A DNA stretch of 64,000 nucleotides. Source: an uncultured Thiomicrospira sp. GTDB taxonomy: Bacteria; Pseudomonadota; Gammaproteobacteria; CAKMZV01. A program made the translations under genes and the position numbers. The notes beneath the pieces were generated by a model that was given only the letters and a program-made list of their open reading frames with translations, made no database searches and had not been told where the DNA came from. Location: contig OZ239628.1 in the NCBI GenBank assembly GCA_965195345.1, positions 1,056,001-1,120,000 of the forward strand, read 5' to 3'. This document shows positions 41,465 to 52,310 of the stretch, piece after piece. Numbering within the stretch: position 1 is the stretch's first letter; the number at the start of each line of letters is the position of its first letter.

Positions 41465-44400
41465 TGGCTTTAAACATATTTTCTAAATCGCTACTAACGC
41501 TCATTATGTTAGTTTTGATTCCAACCGCAATCTTGGCTACTTCAAGTCGCATTCTTATTCACTACGTGAAGAATGACCCAATCATTATTCGCCAAGCGAT
41601 TTATGATTTTTCTGGTATTGACGTGCGCTATCAAAATGCCGAACTAAGCACTCAACTCAATCACTGGAAACTAAAGATTGATCAACTTAAAGTATTTCAA
41701 GAAAACTTTACTTTCACAGCGGATTCTATTTTTCTCGACTTGTCGTTATTCCCTAGCTTTTTTAAAACCGGAATGTCTTCTTTTTATGCTGAAAATGCAA
41801 AAGTGATTATTAGCGATGAGGAAGGTACTTCAAAAAGTATGTCTGGACAATTGGAATTGTTAAACGCACTTTCTCATTGGAAATCCATTATTTTCACTAA
41901 GTTAATCATAACGGATGAAGATGAAGCGCTTACTGTGCAACTCGACAATCTTTCTTACATCAAAAAAGACTTGGCGTCTTTAACAGGAGAAATAGATTTC
42001 AAATGGGAAAATAAAAATATTCATGGTCAAGGATTATGGATTGAAGCGCGAGAAGACGAGAATAGTAATTGGCTATTTGAAATGAATGTGCCATCGATTT
42101 TCAAGGACTCGAGTCAAATAACTAATAATTTGGGAATACAAAGTTTTTGGCACATTAAGGATAACATTTGGCACGTTGGATTGATTGGAGAAATCGGTTG
42201 GCTTGAAGGAGAAGAATTACAACGCCTTGAAGTAAATGCACGATTGAATAACGATCAAGTGGTGATTGAAGATTTGAGGCTTGGTGCGTTTTTCACTAAA
42301 GGAATTGAAATTAAGAAAAGTGGGAGTAAAGTAACTGTTGCTGATCAAAACATTCCTATTAAACAATTGCAAACAGTTGTTGCGATCTTCACGACTTCTA
42401 CTAAAGGAGTAGTACTTGACGGGGTTTTAAATGAAATTGATGTGGTGTTTGATTCAGAAAAAAACAGCATGGATTCTCTTAAACTTGATATGAGTGATTT
42501 TTCATTGGAATTAGATAATGCTGACTTTCAATCCATTGCTTCTATCGATTTGCAACTCGAGTATGCAAATGATGCAGGTGAATTTAGAATACAATCAGAA
42601 AACGTTAATTTTGTTGCTTCCGCTCTTTACTCTCAACCAAAATATGGGCAAAATCTATCAGGCTATGGCAAATTAAAAAGGGCTGCAAACTCTTCGTTTG
42701 ATATTGAACTGACTAAAGCGTCATTTGAAACGCTTAAAGGCAACAAAGCCGATATGTCATTGCAGTTATCCGGCTTTCCAGATAACCTAAATATCTTTTA
42801 CGAACTGAAACTCCCAATAGTTTCAAGCGACGAGGCCAAGGATTGGTTGCCAGACAACAATATGAATCCAGTTGCATACTCTTGGATAAATCAAAACTTG
42901 ATTAAAGGAGATGTAAAGAATTTTTTCTTTGAACTTAAAGGCACTCCTGAATCAATCGCATCGCTAAAGCATAAAGATCATCATTTGAAAATAGAAGGAG
43001 TTTTAGATCAAACAATAATGACTCCACTTGCTGGATGGGAAAAAATAGAAATAGAAAATGCAGATTTAATCTTTTTTAAAAACGTACTAAAAGTTAATGC
43101 GTCAAAAGGAAATTTGGCTGGAATAAATATTGGACAAACAAAAGTTATCCTTGATACAAATACGACAAAAAATAGAGTATTGATCGATACGAACCTAGAA
43201 GGTAACGCGCTAGTAACTGACCAATATTTTAGAAATTCAAGGCTACCAGCAATATTAGGTATTGAGGATTTTATTACGAATACACAGCTTAAGTCTGGTA
43301 AGGTTTCTGTTGAACTTAAATTAGGAGTTCGAATAAGCGATACTGATGAAAAGCCAACAACAGTTAATGGGTTTGTTCAGTTTGATGAAACATCGGTTGA
43401 AATGTATAACCAACGCTTTGTCGATGGGGAAGGTCGGATAGAGTTTAAAAATGGAAGAACAATGTTCTCTAATTTAAAAGCGTTGTGGCATGATCATCCA
43501 ATAACGGCTAACCTTATTAATAGCCCTATATATACGGATGGTTACAGAATACAACTATCAGGAATAATTGAACCAAATAACTGGACGTCACATGTGGCTG
43601 GGACTAGCAATTTTGAAGGGTTTATTGATATCCCAGTTGATCATGATAAAAATTCTACGCTTTTTCAATTTAATTCTTCGCTTGAAGGGGTAACCAGCTT
43701 TTTGCCGTTGCCTTTCAATAAAGCGAAAAAAGATAGAATGGACTTTACATTGAATGCTTCTCAGTCAACTGAGAATTTGCAAGTGGATGTTAAGATTGGA
43801 AAAGAACTATCAGGCGTGAAATTAATCCGACGTAATGGGCAGACTCAATTTAATAAAGGGGCGATGTGGATTGGAGAGAAAAGTAAATTATCTTTACGAG
43901 AAGGTTCTTTTTTAGTCGATTTGACGTTACCCATCGTTTCTACAAATAGATGGTTTAAATTTATTGAACAGTTTAAAAAGCATCGAAAATCGAATACCGA
44001 TAGTAGTGGTTTAGAGTTCCCTCCGATTGACCAAGTTAAAATTAAAACAAATATACTACGTCTTAGCGAATCCAATTATGATGATGTCAATGCATTTGCC
44101 CAATTGAGCAATGATACGTGGACTATAACACTGGACTCTCCAGCAGCCAAAGGTACTATAGACTATGATGTTGAAACGAAATATGCTGTAGTTAATCTGG
44201 AACAATTTCATCTGTCGAATTCTCAATCTAGTGGCGAAAAGAAATGTTTATCTTATAAAAAAAGTGATTGGAATAATATTCAAGTTGATGTAAAGCAGTT
44301 TAAATTTGGTAATCAAGATTTGGGTCATCTTACCCTTACTGCTTCACAAGATCATGCGCACTTGGTTGTGCCTGCATTCAAAATAAGTAATTCTAATTTT

Positions 44401-45069
44401 GAATTAACGGGCGATGCGCAGCATAATCTTTATAAGAGCAGTACGACATTAAATTTCAACTATGACGGGAATAAATTGCTTTATTTGTTGAGATTGGTTG
44501 ATTTGAGTGAGAATGAAGTAGAAGCTAAAGAGGTTCGTACTTCTGGAATGGTGTCATGGGTTGGATCTTTATTTTGTCCCACTTTTGATAAATTGCATGG
44601 GAAAATAGAAGGCAATGGAAAGGACGGTGCGATATATAGTGCTGATCCTGGATTCGGGAGACTACTTTCTTTACTGAATTTACGTACATTGTCTCGTCGT
44701 TTTTCCTTTGAATGGTCAGATGTTACCCAACCCGGTATGGCATTTGATGAAGCGGTTTTAAATTTGGATATTAATGAGGGTCGCATTACATTGAATGAAA
44801 TAGCCATTAAATCAACTGCGGCTAATTTAAATATTGAAGGGAGTAGTAATGCGAACAACAAGACGCATGATTTACGAGCGCTTGTAGTCCCTAAGTACAC
44901 TGATGCATTGGTTCCTTTATATCTATTGTTTGGTGGCGTTACAGCGGGAGTAGGCTTCGGTGCAATAGCTGCTAATGAGGTGTTTAATTTATCCGGTGGA
45001 AATGAAGTTTTAACCGAGGTTTATACTATTAAAGGTTCGTGGGATAAGCCTGATATTAAAAGAGAGTGA
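41464..45069 (+). CDS. YhdP/AsmA-like phospholipid transport protein
   Basis: About 1200 aa, beta-rich, with N-terminal anchor; C-terminal GRLLSLLNL..LSRR..D....G.AFD and YTIKGSWDKP. Start moved to the ATG at 41464, overlapping the rlmH stop. Confidence 0.8.
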   Translation: MALNIFSKSLLTLIMLVLIPTAILATSSRILIHYVKNDPIIIRQAIYDFSGIDVRYQNAELSTQLNHWKLKIDQLKVFQENFTFTADSIFLDLSLFPSFFKTGMSSFYAENAKVIISDEEGTSKSMSGQLELLNALSHWKSIIFTKLIITDEDEALTVQLDNLSYIKKDLASLTGEIDFKWENKNIHGQGLWIEAREDENSNWLFEMNVPSIFKDSSQITNNLGIQSFWHIKDNIWHVGLIGEIGWLEGEELQRLEVNARLNNDQVVIEDLRLGAFFTKGIEIKKSGSKVTVADQNIPIKQLQTVVAIFTTSTKGVVLDGVLNEIDVVFDSEKNSMDSLKLDMSDFSLELDNADFQSIASIDLQLEYANDAGEFRIQSENVNFVASALYSQPKYGQNLSGYGKLKRAANSSFDIELTKASFETLKGNKADMSLQLSGFPDNLNIFYELKLPIVSSDEAKDWLPDNNMNPVAYSWINQNLIKGDVKNFFFELKGTPESIASLKHKDHHLKIEGVLDQTIMTPLAGWEKIEIENADLIFFKNVLKVNASKGNLAGINIGQTKVILDTNTTKNRVLIDTNLEGNALVTDQYFRNSRLPAILGIEDFITNTQLKSGKVSVELKLGVRISDTDEKPTTVNGFVQFDETSVEMYNQRFVDGEGRIEFKNGRTMFSNLKALWHDHPITANLINSPIYTDGYRIQLSGIIEPNNWTSHVAGTSNFEGFIDIPVDHDKNSTLFQFNSSLEGVTSFLPLPFNKAKKDRMDFTLNASQSTENLQVDVKIGKELSGVKLIRRNGQTQFNKGAMWIGEKSKLSLREGSFLVDLTLPIVSTNRWFKFIEQFKKHRKSNTDSSGLEFPPIDQVKIKTNILRLSESNYDDVNAFAQLSNDTWTITLDSPAAKGTIDYDVETKYAVVNLEQFHLSNSQSSGEKKCLSYKKSDWNNIQVDVKQFKFGNQDLGHLTLTASQDHAHLVVPAFKISNSNFELTGDAQHNLYKSSTTLNFNYDGNKLLYLLRLVDLSENEVEAKEVRTSGMVSWVGSLFCPTFDKLHGKIEGNGKDGAIYSADPGFGRLLSLLNLRTLSRRFSFEWSDVTQPGMAFDEAVLNLDINEGRITLNEIAIKSTAANLNIEGSSNANNKTHDLRALVVPKYTDALVPLYLLFGGVTAGVGFGAIAANEVFNLSGGNEVLTEVYTIKGSWDKPDIKRE

Positions 45070-45073
45070 TTGT

Positions 45074-45736
45074 TTGAACAGCAAAAAAGTGATTGTATTG
45101 CCGGGTTGGAATATGCCCAAGACCATTTATCAATCATTGATACGCTTGCTCGAAGAATTAGGTATTGACTCCGTTTTTTGTGAACTGCCAGCTATAGAAA
45201 ACGTTTCAAAGGCACGTGCTTGGTTGCTCGATACTATCCCCAAAAATTCATACATTATTGGACATTCTCTAGGTGGTCAATGGGCATTAGAAGCGTCTGA
45301 ACGTGCGAAGTCAGTATTTTGCGTAGCAACGAACCCAAGCTTTATTAAAACGGATAATAATCCAGGTGTTGACGAAGAGTATTTTAATTTTCTTGAAAAG
45401 CAATTTGACAAAAACACGAGTGGTGCATTGAAATTATTTAAACGTCAAGTATTAAAAAGGTCAGAAATGTTAGAGGTGCATCCTCAAGTGAAACTTAATA
45501 CCACTGCTGGGTTAAAGCATTTGCGCGTCTTAAATGGTTATAAAAATTTAATGAAACGAGCCAATAAATGTACCATGTGGTTTGCAGAAAATGATCCATT
45601 AGTGCCATTTGAAGTTGCAGCATACGTGCAGAATCAATTTAATGTGAATGTTATTACAAATTCAGGAGGGCATTTTCCAATGCTTGAACATCCTGAGAGA
45701 TTTTCGAAAGAGATTATTAAATGGTTAACTCCTTAA
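45074..45736 (+). CDS. bioH: Alpha/beta hydrolase, BioH-like pimeloyl-ACP methyl ester esterase
   Basis: LPGW, GHSLGG nucleophile, DPLVP, GHFP; directly upstream of bioC. Confidence 0.65.
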   Translation: MNSKKVIVLPGWNMPKTIYQSLIRLLEELGIDSVFCELPAIENVSKARAWLLDTIPKNSYIIGHSLGGQWALEASERAKSVFCVATNPSFIKTDNNPGVDEEYFNFLEKQFDKNTSGALKLFKRQVLKRSEMLEVHPQVKLNTTAGLKHLRVLNGYKNLMKRANKCTMWFAENDPLVPFEVAAYVQNQFNVNVITNSGGHFPMLEHPERFSKEIIKWLTP

Positions 45737-46572
45737 GCATATCTCGATCATTCAGCAAGGCTGCTCAAGCTTACGAAGATTTTGCAGCCATACAAAAGCA
45801 CATGGTAGAAGAAATAGACCAGAGGCTTGATTTTTTTCTTTTAAAACCCAAGGTTTGCTTGGATCTTGGAAGTGGCACGGGTCTTCTGACTCGCAAGCTG
45901 CAAAATCGCTTTGACGAGGCATATATCTACGCTCTTGATATTGCCCAACCGATGTTAGAAACGATGTTAGAGAAAAATCAAAAGAGCAACACTTTAGCAC
46001 TATGCGCTGATGTACATAAATTGCCTTTGCAAGCAGAAAGCGTTGATTTGATCGTTTCAAGTGCAATGCTTCAATGGTCGTATGATTTGCCGTTGTTGCT
46101 TAAAGAAGTCCAGCGTGTTTTAAAACCAGAAGGATTATTTATCTTTGCAACTTTCGGTCCTTTAACGTTGTCTGAGCTTCGCTTAGCTTGGCAAACGGTG
46201 GATGCTCATCCACATGTTAATCCGTTTGTGGACATGCATGATATTGGTGATATGCTAATGCATAGCGGGCTTGTTGACCCAGTCATGGATATGCACACTA
46301 TGATATTGGAATACAAAGATTGGCGCCCTGCACTAAACGATGTGCGCGGTGTTGGTTCTAGCAATTTGTTAAAAGGAAGGCGGAAAACTTTGACAGGGAG
46401 ACAGCGGTGGCGCAAAATGATTGAAGAACTGTCTCGTCAGTCCAGCATCCCAGAAGGATACTCTATGACTTATGAAGTAGTACATGGACACTGTTTTAAA
46501 GGCACTCCTCGTCCTCCTAAACATTCGCAGCCATATATTATTGATGCGAATAGTATAACCAAATTTTCATAG
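45721..46572 (+). CDS. bioC: Malonyl-ACP O-methyltransferase
   Basis: FSKAAQAYE, LDLGSGTG, TFGPLTLSEL, HVNPFVDMHDIGD, TYEVV. Confidence 0.92.
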   Translation: MVNSLSISRSFSKAAQAYEDFAAIQKHMVEEIDQRLDFFLLKPKVCLDLGSGTGLLTRKLQNRFDEAYIYALDIAQPMLETMLEKNQKSNTLALCADVHKLPLQAESVDLIVSSAMLQWSYDLPLLLKEVQRVLKPEGLFIFATFGPLTLSELRLAWQTVDAHPHVNPFVDMHDIGDMLMHSGLVDPVMDMHTMILEYKDWRPALNDVRGVGSSNLLKGRRKTLTGRQRWRKMIEELSRQSSIPEGYSMTYEVVHGHCFKGTPRPPKHSQPYIIDANSITKFS

Positions 46573-46582
46573 AGTAATTCGA

Positions 46583-47053
46583 ATGCGTTTTAGCCAAGTA
46601 ATTGCAACTTTAAAAGTGGCCGGTTCGATTATGTCGAGAGACTACTTTTTTTGGATTGCCGTTGTTGCCGCTCCAGTATTGTGGTTGCTGATGTCTTTTT
46701 ATCTACCGAGTAATCTTAACTTTCCTAATAGGGAGACACTCTTTAGCTGGGGATTAAATATACTTTTAGTTCCTATTTTGGAAGAATATATTTTTCGAAA
46801 AGAATTACAAGGTTTTCTTATCGGTAAAAAAGGCATGAAAAAAAGTTATAGAGGCTTTTCTTGCGCAAATGTCATAGTTTCCGTAGTATTCACACTCGCA
46901 CATCTATTAGTAACGATGAACATTTATACAATAAGTGTTTTTTTCCCATCGTTGGTTTTTGGCTTTTTCCGTGATCGTTATCAAACAATTTATGCGAGCA
47001 TTATTTTGCATTCTTTCTATAATCTTGGCTATTCGATTTTTTATGTACTTTGA
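46583..47053 (+). CDS. CPBP (CAAX/Abi-like) glutamic intramembrane protease
   Basis: PILEEYIFR, FTLAH, FFPSLVFG, LHSFYN. Confidence 0.8.
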   Translation: MRFSQVIATLKVAGSIMSRDYFFWIAVVAAPVLWLLMSFYLPSNLNFPNRETLFSWGLNILLVPILEEYIFRKELQGFLIGKKGMKKSYRGFSCANVIVSVVFTLAHLLVTMNIYTISVFFPSLVFGFFRDRYQTIYASIILHSFYNLGYSIFYVL

Positions 47054-47156
47054 ATATCTTAGATGAAAGTCATTTTGAATGAAACAAAAAGTACATCAAC
47101 ATTTCCAGCACCCTAATTATAAGATTTTCATTGCCACAAAGCGTTAAAATAGCACT

Positions 47157-47975
47157 ATGCAGAACATGTCTCATGAAAAGAAAATAATTGGTTTTATCGG
47201 TGCAGGAAACATGGCATCTGCCATGTTGCATGGACTAATCGATTCTGGGTTCAACTCTACGAACATAGTCGTGTACGATTTGCGTGAAGAACTCCTAACA
47301 GAATGGAGTGCAAGAGGAGTACAAGTTGCGAGAAGTACTCCTGAATTGAATGAGATGAGTGATGTTATCGTCGTAGCTGTTAAGCCGCAACAAGCTGAAA
47401 AAGCACTCACTCGTATTTCAACGCAACAAAACAAAGTATTACTCTCTGTCATGGCGGGGATTTCTGTAGATTCTTTGCAAAATTTGACCAATATCAAATC
47501 AATCTCCAGAGCAATGCCTAATACTCCTGCTCTTATTGGTGAAGGCGCAACTGGCATATATTTTAATGACGCTGTTGCTGACAACGATAAAACACTCATA
47601 ATGCACATACTGAGTGCTCTTGGTCCTCAGATAGTACAAGTGGAACATGAAATGTTGATTGATGCTGTTACTGCTATTTCTGGTAGCGGTCCTGCATACG
47701 TCTACGCTTTTATGGAAGCTATGCATGCCTCTGCTATAAAACTTGGGCTGTCAGATGAAGACTCATTGCGATTGATTACCCAAACATTACTTGGGGCTGT
47801 AAAATTAGTAGAGTCAAGCGCACATTCTCTTTCTGAATTACGCCAACAAGTAACTTCTCCAGGTGGAACGACTGAAGCTGCATTGCACGTATTTCAAGAA
47901 TTAAATTTAAACGCCACTGTAGAAGCTGCTCTCTTAGCTGCCAACGACAGAGCGCGTGAATTAGCAAAAAATTAA
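47157..47975 (+). CDS. proC: Pyrroline-5-carboxylate reductase
   Basis: GFIGAGNMA, AVKPQ, RAMPNTP, TAISGSGPAY, VTSPGGTT. Confidence 0.96.
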   Translation: MQNMSHEKKIIGFIGAGNMASAMLHGLIDSGFNSTNIVVYDLREELLTEWSARGVQVARSTPELNEMSDVIVVAVKPQQAEKALTRISTQQNKVLLSVMAGISVDSLQNLTNIKSISRAMPNTPALIGEGATGIYFNDAVADNDKTLIMHILSALGPQIVQVEHEMLIDAVTAISGSGPAYVYAFMEAMHASAIKLGLSDEDSLRLITQTLLGAVKLVESSAHSLSELRQQVTSPGGTTEAALHVFQELNLNATVEAALLAANDRARELAKN

Positions 47976-47985
47976 TAGAAAATAT

Positions 47986-48543
47986 ATGATTGTACTTTTG
48001 AGTAGTATTTTACAGCTGTTATTACATCTACTCAGTGTGGTAGCGGCTCTTAGGATTATGATGCGCGCGTGTTTTGTTAGCCCTCATGCTCCTTTAGCAC
48101 CGTTCGTTATTCAACTAACGCGTCCATTCATAAAAGTATTATCGTTAATTATCCCGAGTTCTCGCCGCATTGATATACCAGCGGTTGTTCTTTTGTTAAT
48201 TTTGGTGTTTTTCCAATTTGTGCTTGTTTACGGTCTTCCAGATACTTCGAAAATCATACCTTTGATTTTATTTATGTGCTTGAAGTCCATTGAAACGATG
48301 CTCAATATATTTTTTTTCGCAATATTGGTTAAGGCTCTAATTAGTTGGATCTCTCCGCAATCTAACCTTATGAACGAGCAATTATTGGTGCCGTTAACAT
48401 ATTGGATAGAAATGCCTGTACGGCGTATTATTCCAGCTATAGGCGGGGTTGACTTATCGCCAATGATTTTGTTGTTTATTATTCAAATGACGCAGAATTT
48501 GGTGCTCAGACCTCTAATGACTCAAATATTATTTAATTTGTGA
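47986..48543 (+). CDS. yggT: YggT family membrane protein
   Basis: Two YggT repeats, RRIIPAIGGVDLSP; follows proC. Confidence 0.88.
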   Translation: MIVLLSSILQLLLHLLSVVAALRIMMRACFVSPHAPLAPFVIQLTRPFIKVLSLIIPSSRRIDIPAVVLLLILVFFQFVLVYGLPDTSKIIPLILFMCLKSIETMLNIFFFAILVKALISWISPQSNLMNEQLLVPLTYWIEMPVRRIIPAIGGVDLSPMILLFIIQMTQNLVLRPLMTQILFNL

Positions 48544-48755
48544 TTACAAAAAAAGTGAATATTATTCTCAACGGAAAATCACGAAGCATTCAGGACGGCG
48601 AATCTATTTCTGATTTGATTGAAAATTTAAACTTATCGGACACACGATACGCGGTTGAAATTAATGAATTGGTCATTCCTCGATCAAAACATTCGATTTA
48701 TGCGATTAATGAGAACGACAAAATTGAAATTATAAAAGCAGTAGGAGGTGGCTGA
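48540..48755 (+). CDS. thiS: Sulfur carrier protein ThiS
   Basis: [22 protein letters not shown]; precedes thiG. Confidence 0.93.
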   Translation: MITKKVNIILNGKSRSIQDGESISDLIENLNLSDTRYAVEINELVIPRSKHSIYAINENDKIEIIKAVGGG

Positions 48756-49537
48756 TGGAGAATGATAGCTTTAAAATTGGTGAGCGCGTTTTACATTCTC
48801 GCTTGTTAGTTGGTACTGGAAAATACAAGAATAATGCAGAAACTATCGCTGCTGTCGAGGCAAGCGGTGCTGAAATAATCACTGTTTCATTGCGACGCAC
48901 CAATATCGGGCAAAATAATGAAGAAGAAAGCTTAGTTGATGTACTATCTCCTGATAAGTATATGTATTTGCCTAACACAGCTGGTTGCTACACCATCAAA
49001 GATGCACTGAGGGTTTGTTATTTGGCGCGAGAATTGTTGAACGATTATCGATTAACAAAATTAGAAGTATTGGGCGATGAGAAAACACTTTATCCAGACA
49101 TACCCGCAACATTAGAAGCTGCCAAAATACTGGTAGATGATGGATTTGAGGTTATGGTGTATACAAATGATGATCCTATAACTGCAAAGAAATTAGAACA
49201 GTTAGGTTGTGTTGCAGTGATGCCTCTTGCTGCTCCTATTGGCTCAGGAATGGGTATTCGCAATCCATACAATATCCGTACTATTGTTGAACAAGCAGAA
49301 GTACCAGTTCTTGTGGATGCAGGGGTAGGTTGTGCTTCAGATGCGGCTATTGCGATGGAACTTGGCTGTGATGGCGTGTTAATGAACACCGCTATCGCAG
49401 CAGCTAAAGATCCCGTTAAAATGGCAAATGCTATGCGTCATGGAGTGCGAGCAGGTAGATTGTCATACTTGGCAGGTAGAATGCCTCGCAAACGTTTTGC
49501 TTCTGCTTCATCTCCTGAAGAGGGACTTTTCTTTTGA
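48755..49537 (+). CDS. thiG: Thiazole synthase
   Basis: [36 protein letters not shown]. Confidence 0.97.
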   Translation: MENDSFKIGERVLHSRLLVGTGKYKNNAETIAAVEASGAEIITVSLRRTNIGQNNEEESLVDVLSPDKYMYLPNTAGCYTIKDALRVCYLARELLNDYRLTKLEVLGDEKTLYPDIPATLEAAKILVDDGFEVMVYTNDDPITAKKLEQLGCVAVMPLAAPIGSGMGIRNPYNIRTIVEQAEVPVLVDAGVGCASDAAIAMELGCDGVLMNTAIAAAKDPVKMANAMRHGVRAGRLSYLAGRMPRKRFASASSPEEGLFF

Positions 49538-50241
49538 GTTCTGCAGTGATTTCAGGTAGTGTTCGTAGTTATGTCCTTAGGCAAGGGCGGATGACAAATG
49601 CTCAAAAAAAAGCATTAGAACATGTGGATCAGTTTACTATTGGTCAAGGTTATGCGCTTTCGCCCGAAGAATCAACCATAGACCCCTCATCTTTATTTGG
49701 CAATCAAAATCCAACTATATTAGAAATTGGTTTTGGAATGGGGCACTTGATGGTGGAGATGGCTTTGCTTAGACCTGATTATAATTTCATTGGCGTAGAA
49801 GTGCATTTACCAGGCATTGCTAAAGCAACGCATGAATTAAAAAAACATGGTTTGAATAATGTACGCATAGTACGTCAAGACGCTTATTTGACTATGCATC
49901 GAATTCTTAGTGACTCAATATCAAAAGTATTATTATTTTTCCCTGATCCTTGGCCTAAAAAACGACAGCAAAAAAGAAGGATAGTGACATCAAAACTAAT
50001 ATCAGAAGTTTCAAGAATTCTAGTGGCAAAAGGCGTCTGGCATATAGCCACAGACTGCATAGACTATGCGGGATTTATTCAAGAAAAAATAGAAGAAAGT
50101 GAACATTTCACAACATTGAAAAAGTCTGATGAATCATTACACAGCAGACCAGTAACAAAGTACGAGGAACGTGGAATACGTTTAGAAAATCCAATTAGTG
50201 ACTTGTATTACGAAAGGTTAGAAAAACAAGAAAGCCAATGA
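49534..50241 (+). CDS. trmB: tRNA (guanine-N7)-methyltransferase
   Basis: [33 protein letters not shown]. Confidence 0.95.
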   Translation: MSSAVISGSVRSYVLRQGRMTNAQKKALEHVDQFTIGQGYALSPEESTIDPSSLFGNQNPTILEIGFGMGHLMVEMALLRPDYNFIGVEVHLPGIAKATHELKKHGLNNVRIVRQDAYLTMHRILSDSISKVLLFFPDPWPKKRQQKRRIVTSKLISEVSRILVAKGVWHIATDCIDYAGFIQEKIEESEHFTTLKKSDESLHSRPVTKYEERGIRLENPISDLYYERLEKQESQ

Positions 50242-51041
50242 AAATCATTTCATTTAATGTCAATTCGGTACGCCTAAGGCTTCATCAATTACAAGTGATT
50301 GTTGAAAATCATCAACCTCAAATAATTGGATTGCAAGAAACCAAAGTGCAAGATCATGATTATCCTTTTGATGCTATAAAGGAATTAGGATATGAATCTA
50401 TTATCCATGGCGAAAAAACCCATAGAGGCGTTGCTTTATTGACAAATTTACCGATCATTGAGTCTGCGTGTGGCTTGGATATCGGTCCGAGTGAGACACA
50501 AACACGATTGATATACTGTAAGCTTGATTGGTTAGGTCGTGAGTTACATGTGTTCAACGGATATTTCCCGCAAGGAGACAATTTGGCGCATCCTACAAAA
50601 TTTTCTGACAAACGTTCTTTCTATGCTGATTTACTTGCGCATTTACAAAAATTTCACAATAAGGATGAAGAAATAATAGTTATGGGTGATTTAAATGTTG
50701 CACCTCAAGACATTGATATTGGGATAGATCATCCAGAGTCTTGGTTGAGAAGAGGTGCATGCAGTTTTTTGCCTGAAGAGAGGGATTGGCTTAATAAATT
50801 ATATGAATGGGGGTTGAGCGATAGCTACCGATATATAAAGCCTGAAGGTAAAGATTACTCGTGGTTCGACTACCGTACACGTGCTTTTGATCGCTCACAT
50901 AAACCAGGATTGCGCATAGACCACATATTACTTACCCCAGCATTACTTGATTTAGTCAAGGACTCTGGCGTAGATTACCCTATTCGAGCGATGGAGAAGC
51001 CTTCTGACCATGTGCCAGTTTGGACTGAAATTAGCCGGTAA
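50238..51041 (+). CDS. xthA: Exodeoxyribonuclease III
   Basis: SFNVNS, GLQETK, MGDLN, SWFDYR, GLRIDH, PSDHVP. Confidence 0.95.
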   Translation: MKIISFNVNSVRLRLHQLQVIVENHQPQIIGLQETKVQDHDYPFDAIKELGYESIIHGEKTHRGVALLTNLPIIESACGLDIGPSETQTRLIYCKLDWLGRELHVFNGYFPQGDNLAHPTKFSDKRSFYADLLAHLQKFHNKDEEIIVMGDLNVAPQDIDIGIDHPESWLRRGACSFLPEERDWLNKLYEWGLSDSYRYIKPEGKDYSWFDYRTRAFDRSHKPGLRIDHILLTPALLDLVKDSGVDYPIRAMEKPSDHVPVWTEISR

Positions 51042-51591
51042 AAGCCTGATCTGAATTCAACCATTCAACTTCTTCGGGTGTACTTGTGCGACCGAGCAGG
51101 GCGTTGCGATGGGGGAAACGACCAAACTTATAAATTATCTCTCTGTGGTGCTTAGCATAATGGATGTTTGATTCTCCAGCAATCTTGCTCATCGTAGCAA
51201 CGTTTAACTCTTGATCTTGAATATCTTCGCTGTGCATCAATGGCATTAGTAAGAAAAGCGCTTTATCAGCTGGTAATTGCTGGAGGAATCCCATATCAAG
51301 AGCATGTTTACAAATTGTCACCGCTTTCTTTTCAGAGCTCCAAGCTTTGGAATCGCCTCTAAACATGTTGAGAGGAAACTGATCAAGTACGATACATAGT
51401 GCGAGACAACCAAGCGCTGAATGTTTCCAATCATCGAGTGCGCCAGCGCAGGCACGTTCCCATAGTTCTTCATAATGCGACTTAATAGTACTATCTACTT
51501 CTGGTGTACTCATAAACCAGTGATTTGACATGGGCTTTGAATGCCAAAAATCAATAATTGAATGAATGTCTTTTTCTGTATTACTTTTCAT
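51031..51591 (-). CDS. DUF924 family protein
   Basis: IVLDQFPLNMFR, PLMHSE, FGRFPHRNALLGR.ST.EE. Confidence 0.9.
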   Translation of the reverse strand: MKSNTEKDIHSIIDFWHSKPMSNHWFMSTPEVDSTIKSHYEELWERACAGALDDWKHSALGCLALCIVLDQFPLNMFRGDSKAWSSEKKAVTICKHALDMGFLQQLPADKALFLLMPLMHSEDIQDQELNVATMSKIAGESNIHYAKHHREIIYKFGRFPHRNALLGRTSTPEEVEWLNSDQAFTG

Positions 51592-51608
51592 GGATTTATC
51601 TTTCTAAG

Positions 51609-52310
51609 TCAATTTCTAGGACCGAATATACTTGTACCTAAACGAATCATGGTACTGCCACAGTGAACAGCAGTTTGCCAGTCAGAGCTCATTCCCATTG
51701 ATAAAGTATCTAACGTTAATGTGGGAAATGTGTTTTTTGCTTCTACTAATAATTGTTGCATTTGTTGAAAAGTGCTTTCTTGCTCTAAAGCATTGCAACC
51801 AATTGCTGGTATTGACATCAAACCTCTGATGTTTATGTTATTTAGATCTTTAATTTCTTCAATAAGTGGTAGTAGTTCGCTTTTGTGCAAACCGTATTTT
51901 TGTGCTTCTTCATGCAAATTAATTTGAATGCATATGTTTAAAGGTGAAAGGTTACTGGGTCGCTGGTCATTCAGTATTTTTGCTATCTTAACACGATCAA
52001 CGCTGTGCACCCAATGAACTTGTTTGGCGATTTCAGACGCCTTGTTGCTTTGAATGCCTCCGATAAAATGCCAACAAATATTTAGATCGTCTAACCGAGA
52101 TATTTTCTCTTGCATTTCTTTCCAATAATTTTCACCAAAATGCAATTGACCTGCTGTATACGCTGCTCGAATGCTTTCTATAGGTTGACGTTTGCTTACC
52201 GCAATTACTTGAAGTGACGTTCTTTCTCGATTGGCATTGTTAAGTGCATCGACTATTGACAGTTCAAGTATTTCTAATCGTTGACCTATGCTTCGAGGCA
52301 TGCTATTCAT
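51609..52310 (-). CDS. yggS: PLP homeostasis protein (YggS family)
   Basis: AVSK, FGENY, WHFIG.IQSNK, LSMGMSSD, RLGTSIFG. Confidence 0.94.
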   Translation of the reverse strand: MNSMPRSIGQRLEILELSIVDALNNANRERTSLQVIAVSKRQPIESIRAAYTAGQLHFGENYWKEMQEKISRLDDLNICWHFIGGIQSNKASEIAKQVHWVHSVDRVKIAKILNDQRPSNLSPLNICIQINLHEEAQKYGLHKSELLPLIEEIKDLNNINIRGLMSIPAIGCNALEQESTFQQMQQLLVEAKNTFPTLTLDTLSMGMSSDWQTAVHCGSTMIRLGTSIFGPRN

